This document shows, one piece after another, positions 39,026-49,900 of a stretch of DNA of 64,000 nt (position 1 is its first letter; each line of letters begins with the position of its first letter). Source of the DNA: Armatimonadota bacterium (GTDB lineage Bacteria; Armatimonadota; SYMT01); assembly GCA_046292385.1 (NCBI GenBank), contig JBKBRF010000009.1, forward strand, positions 64,001 through 128,000. The letters run 5' to 3'. Below the pieces are notes generated by a model, which did no database searches, had not been told where the DNA came from, and saw nothing but the letters and a program-made list of their open reading frames with translations. Made by a program: the position numbers and the translations under genes.

Positions 39026-40150
39026 CTAGCCGAACAACATCACGGCGACGGTGCGGACCATGATCGTCAGGTCGAACCAGGGCGACTGGTTCGAGAGGTA
39101 GATCAGGTCGAACCGCAGCTTCTCCCGCGCGTGGGTGTGGTAGCCGGCACGCACCTGGGCCAGGCCGGTAATCCCGGGCCGCACCAGGTGCCGGCGCCAG
39201 TAGTCCGGAATCTCCCGCTCGTACTCCTCCACGAAGCAGGGTCGCTCCGGGCGAGGGCCGACCAGGCTCATCTCCCCGCGCAGCACGTTCCAGAGCTGGG
39301 GCAGCTCGTCCAGCCGCAGCCGCTTCAGCCACCGGCCCGCGGCGGTGAGACGCTCGTCGTTCATCCCGGAGGAGAGCACCGGCCCGGTCTTCGTCTCCGC
39401 GTCCTGCACCATGGTGCGGAACTTGTAGAGCAGGAACGGCACCCCGTAGCGGCCCACCCGCTCCTGGGCGAAGAGGACCGGTCCCGGCGAGGAGAGGCGT
39501 ACGATCAGCGCGATCAGCAGCAGCGCCGGCGAGAGCAGCAGCAGCGCCGCCGCGGAGACCGCCACGTCGAGCACCCGCTTTACCCGCTGCCCGGGCGGGC
39601 GAGCGGCCTCGGCAAGCTGGACCACGGCCACGTCGCCCACGTTCCGGACCCGGGGAAGCGGCAGCAGTGCCTCGAAGCTGGTCGGCACCACGCTCAGCCG
39701 CACGTTCGGGCACCGGGCGCTCAGCTCCGCGGAGAGCTCCTGCTGCCACGTGGGCGCGTAGGCCACGTAGACCTCGTCCACGCCGAGCCGCTCCACCAGC
39801 GCCGACGTCTGCTCCCGCGGCCCGAGCACCGGCCAGCGGCCTTCCCCGGGATCGGCGCGGTCGTCCACGAAGCCGACCACCTGGTGCCGTCCGCCCGCTT
39901 CCAGGCCTTCCGCCAGCATCCGGCCCACCCGGCCGGCCCCGACGATCAGCGTGCGGACGGCACCCTCCGCGGCAGCGGGCTTGCGCCACGCCCGGCGGGG
40001 ACGAGCCTCCGGCTCACGCTCCAGGACCACCGCGAAGAGCAGCAGCAGTCCGAGGAGCACGATGCCGGCGAGCACCGGATCGGCGAGCGAAGACGACGCG
40101 ATCCACCGCAAGGGAGATTGCAGCCAAGTCGAGGTGAGATAGAGATCCAT
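39026..40150 (-). CDS. Priming glycosyltransferase (polyprenyl-phosphate sugar-1-phosphate transferase, WcaJ/WbaP-like)
   Basis: LIVGAG (CoA-binding-like), KRVLDV, YKFRTM, LDELPQLWNVLRGEMSLVGPRPE, RPGITGLAQV. Confidence 0.92.
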   Translation of the reverse strand: MDLYLTSTWLQSPLRWIASSSLADPVLAGIVLLGLLLLFAVVLEREPEARPRRAWRKPAAAEGAVRTLIVGAGRVGRMLAEGLEAGGRHQVVGFVDDRADPGEGRWPVLGPREQTSALVERLGVDEVYVAYAPTWQQELSAELSARCPNVRLSVVPTSFEALLPLPRVRNVGDVAVVQLAEAARPPGQRVKRVLDVAVSAAALLLLSPALLLIALIVRLSSPGPVLFAQERVGRYGVPFLLYKFRTMVQDAETKTGPVLSSGMNDERLTAAGRWLKRLRLDELPQLWNVLRGEMSLVGPRPERPCFVEEYEREIPDYWRRHLVRPGITGLAQVRAGYHTHAREKLRFDLIYLSNQSPWFDLTIMVRTVAVMLFG

Positions 40151-40168
40151 GAGCGGTGTCCCCCCTCA

Positions 40169-42313
40169 TCAGGCGCCGGCAGCGACGGCGCTCGGGTTGG
40201 CGTCTTCGATACGGGCAGGAAGCTCCGGCCGGCCCGCCGGGTAGTGCCGGGTGACGCAGCGGCTCTCCAGCGCACCTGCCGGCACGTTCTCCACCACCGT
40301 CCCGAGCACCGTCACTCCGCACTGCTCCAGGAACTCGATCAGACGAGCCTCGCTGCCGCTGGGAGCCTCCAGAGCGCGGAGACAGATCACGGCGGCGTCT
40401 ACGACCGGCGCCACGTTCAGCGCGTCGGAGAATGCCACGGCCGACGGAGTATCGAAGAGGACGTAGTCGGAGAGATCCCGCATCCGCTGCGCCACCTCGG
40501 AGAAGTTGGGAGAGCGGAACAGCTCCCACGGGTTCTCCGGAGTCGGGCCGGAGCAGACCACGCGCAGGTTGGAGACGGTGGTCGTCTGCAGCGCCCGCTC
40601 CAGGGAGGCCGCGTCCGGCTTGCTGATGAGGGAGCTCAAGCCGAACTCGTTGTCGATCCCGAAGATGTCGTGCAGGCGCGGCGCGCGCATGTTGGCGTCG
40701 ACCAGGATCACGCTCCGGCCGGCCTGCGCCAGTGTGATCGCCAGGTTGGCCGCCGTGGTGGTGGTGCCCTGCCCGCCCTTGGCGGACATCAGCATCACGG
40801 AGTGGGCATGCCCGTTCGCCTGGAACATCCGCAGCGCCAGGAAGCGGTACGCTTCCGCGTGCGGGGAGAGCGGATGGAGCTCGGTCGCGCGCGGCAGGCT
40901 CTGGAGGGTGACCCCGCCGGAAGGCTGCGGCACGGCGGCGATGACCGGCGAAGGCAGCGCCAGCTCCGCCTGCTGCACCGTGCGCACCCGGCGGTCCATC
41001 GTTTCCAGCGCCAGGATCAGCCCGGAGAGCCCGGCAAGGGCGCACAGCGCCGCCAGGAGCGTAAGCTTCAGGGTGCGGCCGGTGGTGAGATTGACCGGCG
41101 GGTTGAACTCGCTGGAGCGGTCGACCACCGCCACCGGGTTCTGGCGCTCCGCCGCGTCCAGGGCGGTGGAGGCGGCCTGGAGCCGGTTCTTGAGGCTGGT
41201 CCGCTCCTCGGTCAGCTCGCCCAGCTCGCTCGTGAGCGCCACGATCGTAGAGTCGACCCCGTTCAGCCGGGAGATCTCGCCGCGGGCGTTGTTCACCGCC
41301 GCGGCGAGTGAGTCCCGCTGCGCCCGCAGTCCCCTGATCTCCTGGCGCGCGTCCCGGATCCGCTGCCACAGCGTCGCCAGCACCGGGTTGCGCTTCACGG
41401 CGATCGTCTCCGGCTGCTTGCCTCGCTCGGCGTCGAGCCGCTGGCGCAGCGCCTGGTAGACCGCCAGCGCCTGGCGGACCTGGATATGCTCCTCCGTGTA
41501 CCGCGCGCGCAGGGTGGTGAGCTGCTGGTCCGCGCGGGCCAGCTCTTCCTCGAGCTGCCGCGCCACCGGGCTCGCCTCCGGGCGGCGCTCCACGTTGACC
41601 GTCGGCGGCGTCCGGGCTGCTTCCCCCTCGATGGAGCGCAGGCGCGCGATCGCCTCGGCGAGCTGCGCCCGCACCGTCTCGTGCCGCTGCTGCGCCATCT
41701 GCTGCCGGTAGATCGCCGGGGCGACCTTGTCGTCCAGGTTGGTGACGATCTGGTGGCTCCGCCGGTAGCGGTCGTGTGCGGACCGCACCTGCGCCAGCCG
41801 CTTTTCCACCCGCTTGAGCTGACTCTGCAGCACCAGGACGACCTTCTCGGCCGGCTGCGTGTAGAGGGTCCGGTTCTTGGTGACGAAGCTCTCCGCCAGC
41901 GCGTTGGCGAGGACGGTCGCCTTCTCCGCGGACGAGTCGACCACCCGCAGCTCGAAGAGCCGGGGACCGATCGCCTCTACTTTGATCGTGTCGAGGAGGT
42001 CCGGATCGAAGCTCGCGACACCGACCTTCTCCAGCGCCGGCTCGAGAACGTCCCGGGTCTTGAAGACCGCCTCATAACCGGGCGCCTGCGCGCGGGCGCC
42101 CTGGACGTCTCCGCCCATGACATCCATCGCGTTGGGCGACGCCTGCCCGTCCACGTTGACCGGGTTCGGCGAGTACGCGAACCGGACCGTGGCCTGCCAG
42201 CGCGTGCCGACCAGCCGCGCCGCTGCGAACGTGACGCCGGCAGTCAGGAGCGTGCAGACGGCCAGCAGGCGCCATCGGGAGCCGAGGATTTCTACAGCAC
42301 GCCAGAAGTCCAT
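40169..42313 (-). CDS. Polysaccharide copolymerase (Wzc/GumC-like) with degenerate BY-kinase domain
   Basis: TM - coiled coil - TM, then AEAYR.L, SAKGGQGTTTT (Walker A without Lys), ILVDANMRAP, GP.PENP.EL, VLFDTP. Confidence 0.88.
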   Translation of the reverse strand: MDFWRAVEILGSRWRLLAVCTLLTAGVTFAAARLVGTRWQATVRFAYSPNPVNVDGQASPNAMDVMGGDVQGARAQAPGYEAVFKTRDVLEPALEKVGVASFDPDLLDTIKVEAIGPRLFELRVVDSSAEKATVLANALAESFVTKNRTLYTQPAEKVVLVLQSQLKRVEKRLAQVRSAHDRYRRSHQIVTNLDDKVAPAIYRQQMAQQRHETVRAQLAEAIARLRSIEGEAARTPPTVNVERRPEASPVARQLEEELARADQQLTTLRARYTEEHIQVRQALAVYQALRQRLDAERGKQPETIAVKRNPVLATLWQRIRDARQEIRGLRAQRDSLAAAVNNARGEISRLNGVDSTIVALTSELGELTEERTSLKNRLQAASTALDAAERQNPVAVVDRSSEFNPPVNLTTGRTLKLTLLAALCALAGLSGLILALETMDRRVRTVQQAELALPSPVIAAVPQPSGGVTLQSLPRATELHPLSPHAEAYRFLALRMFQANGHAHSVMLMSAKGGQGTTTTAANLAITLAQAGRSVILVDANMRAPRLHDIFGIDNEFGLSSLISKPDAASLERALQTTTVSNLRVVCSGPTPENPWELFRSPNFSEVAQRMRDLSDYVLFDTPSAVAFSDALNVAPVVDAAVICLRALEAPSGSEARLIEFLEQCGVTVLGTVVENVPAGALESRCVTRHYPAGRPELPARIEDANPSAVAAGA

Positions 42314-42558
42314 GACGGTTACCTGTTTCTTGGTTGCTGCCGTGGAGCAGCCGGGAGAGTTTGTGCGCCCTCTAGATACCGGCGGGTCGCGGCGCGTGCA
42401 CGCCGGGCCCAGGGCTGCTTCCTTAGCCGGAGCGAATCGACGTCGAGGCGCCCGCGGTGCACGTGTGGGAAGGCGCCGGCAACTCTGATCCGTGCGTGGG
42501 GTGCGGGTGCCGGCCCGCCACGCCCGGTGGACCGGCCGAGACCTGGAAGGAGAGCCGC

Positions 42559-43650
42559 ATGGTGCCAGCAGCGACCGGGATGGCGGAGGAAGTCCGCTAC
42601 TTCGAAGGGCACACTGCGGCGGTCAACACGCTCGCCTTCTCGCCGGACGGAGGACGCGCCGTCTCCGGCAGCGCGGACGGCAGCGTCCGCCTGTGGGACG
42701 TGCCGGGCGGAGGCGAGCTGCGCCGGTTCTGGGGTCACGACGACTGGGTAACGGGAGTCGCCTTCTCACCGGACGGCAGCACGCTGCTCTCCGGCAGCGC
42801 GGACGGGACGCTGCGGCTCTGGTCGAGCTCCTCCGGAGCCGAGCTGGCGCGGCTCGGCACCGGTACCGGGTACGTGCACGCGGTCGCGTTCTCTCCGGAC
42901 GGCAGCCTGGCGGCGGGCGGCACCACGCACGGCAGGATTCACCTGTGGGACGTCCACTCGCGGCGGGAGCTTCGCTGCCTGCACGCGCACCGGAGCTGGG
43001 TCACCGGGGTGGCGTTCTCCCCGGACGGGCGCCAGCTGCTCTCCGGCGGCGCCGACCTGCTCTTCTCCCTCTGGGATCTGGAGCGCGGCCGAAGGCTCCG
43101 CACGTTTGCCGGCTCCACCGAGATCGAGGTGCCGGTAGACCGGCCGCGCGGCCTGACCGGACCTGCTGCGGACTCCGAGGAAACGGCGCTGGCCGGCGCT
43201 CCGCACCCGGGCTTCCCGGTCCTGGAAGCCGGCATCCACCGGCGCGCCCTTCCCTCGCCGCTCCATACCTGCCTCGCCAAGAGCGTCATCTTCTCCGCGG
43301 ACGGCCGCTCCCTCCTCACCTGCACCGGTGAGCCCTCTTTCACGATGTGGGAGGCCCGCACCGGCCGGCAGACTCGCGTCTTTCGAGGACACACCGGCTG
43401 CGTCCGCAGCGTGGCGTTCTCGCCGGACGGCCGCCGCGTGCTCTCCGGCAGCATCTCCACCCCCAGCCGGAACGACAACACCGTCCGCCTCTGGTGCGCC
43501 GAGACCGGGGAGCAGCTCTGCACCCTCGCCGGGCACACCGACTGGATCTGGAGCGTGGCGTTCTCCCCGGACGGCACCTTCGCCCTCTCCGGCGGCGGCG
43601 ATCACCTGCTGCGGCTGTGGCGCTTACCAGACGCGGCACGGGCGTCCTAG
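42559..43650 (+). CDS. WD40-repeat protein
   Basis: Seven GH...V..VAFSPDG...SGS.D..LRLW repeats; GGAAGGAG RBS. Confidence 0.9.
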   Translation: MVPAATGMAEEVRYFEGHTAAVNTLAFSPDGGRAVSGSADGSVRLWDVPGGGELRRFWGHDDWVTGVAFSPDGSTLLSGSADGTLRLWSSSSGAELARLGTGTGYVHAVAFSPDGSLAAGGTTHGRIHLWDVHSRRELRCLHAHRSWVTGVAFSPDGRQLLSGGADLLFSLWDLERGRRLRTFAGSTEIEVPVDRPRGLTGPAADSEETALAGAPHPGFPVLEAGIHRRALPSPLHTCLAKSVIFSADGRSLLTCTGEPSFTMWEARTGRQTRVFRGHTGCVRSVAFSPDGRRVLSGSISTPSRNDNTVRLWCAETGEQLCTLAGHTDWIWSVAFSPDGTFALSGGGDHLLRLWRLPDAARAS

Positions 43651-44906
43651 CCCGTCATGCGGCGAATGGCGACCAGGGCGAGGTCGTCCTGCAGGCCGCC
43701 CCGCGAGAAGCTGCGCGCGGTCCGCACTACGGTCCGCACGAGCTGCCCTCCGTCGCTCGGCATCTCCCGCTCCAAGACGGCGGTGAGCCCGGACAATCCC
43801 AGGAACTCCCCGTCTTCGTCGCGGGTCTCGATGAGCCCGTCCGTGAAGAGCAGCAGCAGCTCGCCCAGGCGCAGCGTCACCACCCGCTCCTCCCACGTCC
43901 AGCTCGGCACGGCGCCCACCAGCCCGCCGGTCGACTCCAGCCAATGACATCCGATCCCGTCCGGGCGCCCGAACTGGCAGAGCAGCGGTGCCGGATGTCC
44001 CGCATTCGTGTAGCGAAACGAGAAGTCGTCCAGGTCGAGCACGCCGTACACCAGGCTCAGGAAGGTGCTCTCCTCAAAGGTGTGGCAGGAGAGCGCGTGG
44101 TTGAGACGCTCGACGACGCTGGAGGGGCTGGCGTCCTCGAAAGCATAGGCGCGGAGCGTGTGCCGGGCCACGGCGGTGTAGGCCGCCGCGTCGAGCCCTT
44201 TGCCGCAGACGTCACCGATCACGATGCCCAGGTGCCGCTCCGAGAGCCAGATGAAGTCGTAGTAATCACCGCCCACGCGCGACGCCTCGGAGGCAGGCTC
44301 GTAGTGGGTCGCGATCTCCAGCCCGGGGATCTCCGGCACGTCGCAGAGGAACAGGCGGGCCAGGGCACATGCCACGTCGCGCTCCTGGTCCAGTTGACGG
44401 TGAAGGTCCGTGGCCTGCGCGCGCACCTGGTCGATCAGCAGCGACGCCTCGCTCACCAGCGCCTCCGCCCGGTCCCGCTCGCCGGCCAGGCGATGCGCCT
44501 GCTCCATCGCCTCTTCGCTGCGGCGCGAAGCGGCAAACTGGGTGAGCGCCACCGAGATCGCCGGCGGAAGCTGCTCGTCCCGCACCGGTTTCACCAGATA
44601 GCCGGAGGCACCGGCGGCGACGGCCCGCTCCACGCTCGCCGGATCGCTGTATGCGGTGAGCATGACGACGGCGGTGGGGCTCTCCGCCATGATCTGCTCC
44701 AGGGCACGAACCCCGTCCATCTGGGGCATCTCCACGTCCATCAAGATGACATCCGGGTGCTCGCGGCGCGTGCGATCTACCGCCTCGAGCCCGTTGGAGG
44801 CGCGCCCCACCACCTCGTACCCGAAGCGGGACAGCGCAGTCTGCAGCCGCAGCGCGGTGATCCCCTCGTCTTCACAAACCAGCACGCGGACCGGACCGCC
44901 CTCCAT
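43647..44906 (-). CDS. Response regulator receiver + PP2C/SpoIIE (RsbU-like) phosphatase
   Basis: CEDE..DVILMDVEMP..LT..YLVKP; VGGDYYDF, IGDVCGKG, NAGHP, FTDGLIE, QDDLAL. Confidence 0.92.
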   Translation of the reverse strand: MEGGPVRVLVCEDEGITALRLQTALSRFGYEVVGRASNGLEAVDRTRREHPDVILMDVEMPQMDGVRALEQIMAESPTAVVMLTAYSDPASVERAVAAGASGYLVKPVRDEQLPPAISVALTQFAASRRSEEAMEQAHRLAGERDRAEALVSEASLLIDQVRAQATDLHRQLDQERDVACALARLFLCDVPEIPGLEIATHYEPASEASRVGGDYYDFIWLSERHLGIVIGDVCGKGLDAAAYTAVARHTLRAYAFEDASPSSVVERLNHALSCHTFEESTFLSLVYGVLDLDDFSFRYTNAGHPAPLLCQFGRPDGIGCHWLESTGGLVGAVPSWTWEERVVTLRLGELLLLFTDGLIETRDEDGEFLGLSGLTAVLEREMPSDGGQLVRTVVRTARSFSRGGLQDDLALVAIRRMTG

Positions 44907-45179
44907 CGTCGCACCTCACCCCACCGCGGAAGACGCCGGCTCTCAGGAGCTACGGGGATTCGGCTTCCGAGCGCTCCTCGACGGCCCATACGCCTAGTGT
45001 TTCCAGTTGGGGTATGCCCCAAAAGCAATCATTGTTAAGGGTGTCAGCCGCTCGCCGGCAAGGGGGCTCTGCAGGTCACCGGCAGGTGCAGGTGCCGCAG
45101 CGCAGAGGAGTCGAGCTCGGGCTGGCCGGTACGGGCTGGCGGGCCGAGATGGGAGAGTGGGAGAGTGGGCGAGTCGGAG

Positions 45180-46181
45180 CTACTCGTCGTCGGGGTTCTC
45201 GCGCCGGACGCGGTGGACGATCCCGTTCTTGCCGCTCTCTTTCACGAGGTACATCAGGCCGTCCGCCTCGCGCAGGGCTTCGTCGGCCGCCTCAGGGGCA
45301 CAGAGATAGGTCACCACCCCGATACTGAAGGAGACCGGCCAACCCTGGGCCACGGAGGCGGCGTGCAGGGCCTCCCGCAGCTTCTCCACGGCGCGCCTTC
45401 CCGACTCCCCTTCCGTCTCCGGCAGCAGCAGCGCGAACTCGTCCCCGCCCACCCGGGCCACGGTGTCGCACGCCCGCAGCCGCGACCGCATCACCCCGGC
45501 GACTTCTCGCAGCAGCCGGTCTCCGGCCGCGTGTCCCAGCCGGTCGTTGATATGCTTGAAGCCGTCGATATCGATGAAGGCGACGGTGAACGGGTGGTCG
45601 TACCGGTTCAGACGGTCGATCTCGTGATGGAGCGCCTCCACCAGGCTGCGGCGGTTCGGGACGCCGGTGAGCTCGTCGGTGCGGGCCAGCAGCGCCGCCT
45701 GCTCCGCGAGCGACTGCGCGCGGTCCCGCTCCGCCTGCAGCTGTTCGGCCAGCTCCCGGGTGGCCTGCATCTCCCGGTTTTCCGCGTACCGGAGCAGCGC
45801 CATCGCAATCGCGGGGGCGAGCTGCTCGTCCCGGATCGGCTTCACCAGATAGCCGGATGCGCCCGCATCCATCGCCCGCCGGACCGTCTCGTCGTCACCG
45901 AGCCCGGTCAGCACGATCACCGCCGCGGGCGCTTCACGCATGATCCGCTCGGTGGCGCGGATGCCGTCCATTCCCGGCATCACCACGTCCATCATGATCA
46001 CGTCCGGATGGTGCTGCCGAGCCAGCTCGACCGCTTCCTCGCCGTTAAGCGCGCGGCCGCAGACGTGGTAGCCGAGCGTATTCAGCGCCCGCCGCACCCG
46101 CAGGGCGGTGAGACCCTCGTCCTCGCAGATGAGAATGCCGAGCTGGCGATCTTTAGGCAGCGAGGAGAGCAGCATGCTCAT
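45180..46181 (-). CDS. Response regulator receiver + diguanylate cyclase (GGDEF)
   Basis: Receiver with DVIMMDV and [38 protein letters not shown]-site, RVGGDEF. Start trimmed to MSMLLS. Confidence 0.92.
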   Translation of the reverse strand: MSMLLSSLPKDRQLGILICEDEGLTALRVRRALNTLGYHVCGRALNGEEAVELARQHHPDVIMMDVVMPGMDGIRATERIMREAPAAVIVLTGLGDDETVRRAMDAGASGYLVKPIRDEQLAPAIAMALLRYAENREMQATRELAEQLQAERDRAQSLAEQAALLARTDELTGVPNRRSLVEALHHEIDRLNRYDHPFTVAFIDIDGFKHINDRLGHAAGDRLLREVAGVMRSRLRACDTVARVGGDEFALLLPETEGESGRRAVEKLREALHAASVAQGWPVSFSIGVVTYLCAPEAADEALREADGLMYLVKESGKNGIVHRVRRENPDDE

Positions 46182-46985
46182 CGGGATAGGCTCCGGGGCA
46201 GGTGGGCGGATCGGAATGGGAGCGGGACGACGGAGCAGCTCGGTCCGCCAGCCGGCGCGCGCCCGCTGCCAGCCGGCGCTGTTCGTGCCGGGCCCGGCCC
46301 GGCCGGGAACGGGAGTCCGCCACGATTGAAATGCCACCAGGCAAGTGGCTCGTGCAGTGCCGGTCAACCGGGCTGCCGGCTCTCTCTCGTGGGAACGGCC
46401 TGCCCGCCGCTACCGTCCGGCGGCTCCCCTGCCCATCTGCGGACGAGCAGCGCTGCCTCGGTCCGGAAGTGATCCTCAACCGCCCGGCAGAGCTCGGTCG
46501 CCTTGCGCAGCACGGACTGACCGTCTGCAGGCGACTGCGTGAGGACTTCCTCCGGCAGGCCCGCCGCCAGATCGAGCGCGATCACGTCCACGGGATCCCT
46601 CCTGAAGCCGCACTCTCGACAGCGGAGCCGGCGCCGGCCAGGCGACCGGCGCCTCGTCACCAGGCGCTCGGTCTCGCGGAGAGCGGACAAGGAGAAGATG
46701 CCTCAGTGTGGCGATCCGTGCAGTCCGGCCGCTCGCCTCGGGTCCTCGCTCTGTTCTCGGAAGGGGGGATTCCCTGCCGAAATCGAGCGGTCCCACTGAC
46801 ACAACCCACCTCGGGAAGGGTGCTTGCGCGTCTTTATCCCTCTTTTTAATGATTTACCGGGTCACCCATAGGTTGGGTGGCTCTGTCCCGTCCGCTCTCC
46901 AGAATGCCCCTAAACCAAAGCCCCGCTCGCGTCGCGACGTCTCGCGGCGCGGCTCAGGCCACCAACGAGGATTCTGGAGCACATC

Positions 46986-49900
46986 ATGAGCCAACCCGCG
47001 AGCAGGTCGCGGACCCCCTCCGCGCGAGGGTCCGCCTCTGGCACGGGGAAGGGCGGCCGCCTGCAGCGGGCGGTGTGCCGGTTCCCACTGCTGATCGCAG
47101 CGCTGACCGTCTCCCTCACGTCGATCGCCGGCGCCGCCCGGAATGCCGCGCCGACCGCGCCGGTCTCGTCCCGGGCCGCTTCCTACAGCACGCAGTCGCT
47201 GACTGCGGCCTCGCCGACCGGCCGCACGCCGAAGCTGCTCTGGACACCGGAGCGGCAGGCGGTCTGGAACCGGATGGTCGCGGAGAACCACCCGTGGTGG
47301 CGGAGCCTGAAGACCTGGGCCGACGACTACCGCCTCCGCGGCGACTCCAGCGGCGACTGGGCGACGCTGGTCTACCAGATGACCGGCGACCCGAAGTACG
47401 GCCGACTGGGCTGGGAGGGCATGCGCCAGTACGTGCAGAGCAAGAGCCTCCCGTACTACAGCCTCAACTCCAGCATGTGGAGCTTCGCCACCTACGCCTG
47501 GAAGTACGACTGGCTCTACCCGGTCCTGACCGCCGCCGAGCGGCAGCAGTACGTCGACTTCCTGAACTGGCTCGGCGACCAGGTTCTCACCAACGGCAGC
47601 CCGCTCCTGACGCGGATCGGGGACAGCGACGTGGAGATCGGCCACTACTTCGGCCTCGCCTTTACGGCGCTGGCGACCGCGGGCGAGAATCCCCGCGCGG
47701 GCGAATTCCTGACGCGCTCCTGGACCGATCCGCGCGGCTCCGGAACGGCGAGTGTCGGCGGACTCACGCCCACGGCGTCCGGGAACACGCTCCGCAACCG
47801 GATCCACGAGTACCTGGCCCGCTACTCCCGGGGCGGCGTCTTCATCGAGAGCTCCGAGTACAACCTCACGACGGTGCTCCAGGTGCTCTTCGGCATCGAC
47901 GGCGTGCGCACCGCCACCGGCAAAGATTACTTCCCCGAATGGACCGAGCTGCTGCCGCAGCTCGCCATGGCACACCTCCAGCACCACGCGCCGGACGGCA
48001 ACCACTCGTACCAGTGGGGCGACCTGGAGCGGAGCCGCACCTTCTGGATCCAGCACCGCGTTACCCTGACCGCTGCGCTGGCGGGGCTCACGCAGGGGCA
48101 GCCGAGCGTCGGCCCCTACCTGCAGCAGCTCACCGATGAGCTGGTCGCGTGGCCGGGCGAGCACGGGGCCGGCGCGAAGCCGAATCCGATGTTCTTCGTC
48201 TACTTCAACCCCTACGCGGCGAAGGCGAGCTGGCGCGGCGCGATTCCCCGGGGTCACTACGGTGCCGGACAGGGCCTGCTCTACTTCCACGACGGCTGGA
48301 GCCCGACCGACAGCTTCTTCGGCGCGCACATGCCGCCCTCGATGACGACCGACCACAGCCCGTGGGCCTTCGGCAACTTCCAGCTCTTCCGCGGCGCGGA
48401 GTGGGTCTTCACCAACCCGCTCGGGTGGGGCCAGCCGTACTACGCTATCGGCGGCGAAGCGCACAACTCGATGCTGATCGGCGGCCTCTCGTCCATGCGA
48501 GAAGCCCGCGGGCCGGTGGCGCAGGAGTTCGGGGCCCAGGGCGACTACGCCTACCTGGCCGGCTCCACCGGCGGCCAGTTCTTCTGGGAAGGCTTCTACC
48601 AGCCGCCGGCGCAGTTTCTTCACGAGTGGACGCGGAGCATCGTCTACCTGCCAAGCCTGGATCACAGCTCCGATACGGTGGTGGTCTACGACCGCACCGA
48701 CGCGGAGAACCCGCGGAGTCTGCCCGGCTTCGACCGCTATCTCTACGAATACCGGAAGCTCGTAGACGAAGCTCCGGCGCTGAAGCAGTGGATCATCCAC
48801 GCGCCGGTGGCGCCGACCCTCACCTCGGACGCGATCTCCTGGAGCACCCCGAAGGGGCAGAGCGTCCGCGTGAACACGCTGCTCCCCGCCGCCCAGAAGC
48901 GCACCGTCCTCGACGAGAAGCAGCTCTGGAGCACGGTACCGGAGCTTCCGGTCCATCTCTCGGAGCGGAAGTGGCAGGTGCGGATCAGCCCCTCCGCCGC
49001 GCAGCAGTGGGACACCTTCCTGAACGTGGCGCAGGTCTCCAACGCCGGGACCACGCTGCGCAACACGCTGGTCCGCGCGGACGACGGCGGCGCCGAAGGA
49101 GTGCTGGTGCAGCGGTCCGGGCATCCGGACGTGCTGACGCTGTTCAGCGCCCGGCAAGGGGCCAAACCACCGGTGACGCCGCTCAACGGCGCCTACTCCG
49201 CGCACAACCCGGGCCTGCTCGGGATCGTCGGCGCCAAGCGGCTCCTGCAGGCGGGCTACACCGTCCGCTGGACCGCCGGCGGCACCACGCAGGTGCTGCT
49301 GGTCGACCTCGCCCCTTCCCGCGCCTGGACCGCCAGCATCGACGGTGCCGCCCCGGTAAAGGTCGCGGTGAGCACCCAGGGCGTCGCCCGCGTGCTCGTC
49401 AGCGGTGCCGGCTCCCACACCCTGGTGCTGGCCGCGGATGGCTCGGCTCCGGCCGACACCACCCCGCCCGCCGTGCCGCAGGGCCTGAAGGTCACCGCCT
49501 CTGACGCCCGCGCCGACCTGTCGTGGACGGCGAACACCGAGTCGGACCTGGCCGGCTACCACGTCTACCGCAGCCTGTCCCAGACCGGCACCTACACGCG
49601 GCAGACCTCCGCGGCGCTCGCCTCGCCGGCGTACAGCCAGACCGGTCTCACCAACGGCACCACCTACTGGTACCGCGTGAGCGCGGTCGACCGGGCGGGG
49701 AACGAGAGCGGCCAGAGCGCTCCGCAGAGCGGCACGCCGCAAGCGCTGAGCTACTCGATCGCCGGAAAGGTGATCGACGGCACCGCCGGCCTCGGTGGGG
49801 TCACGGTGAAAGCGGGGACGCGGACCGTCACCACCGCCGGCGACGGCAGCTACTCGCTGGCCGGGCTGCCGGCCGGGACCTACACCGTCACCCCCTCCCG

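Noticed and set aside
43110..43265. About 45-aa insertion in one WD40 blade as another repeat-derived insert
   Set aside because: No tandem units or inverted arms are visible in the DNA, unlike 17598-17718.
46364..46690. 108-aa minus-strand ORF with CRECG, superficially NrdR-like
   Set aside because: Only one CxxC, no ATP-cone, TTG start without a clear RBS; cannot be supported as a gene.
46740..46890. Possible c-di-GMP riboswitch upstream of the large secreted gene
   Set aside because: No GEMM-I (GGCAAAC...GAAA...GACGCAAAG) or GEMM-II pattern on either strand; more likely an AT-rich promoter region.
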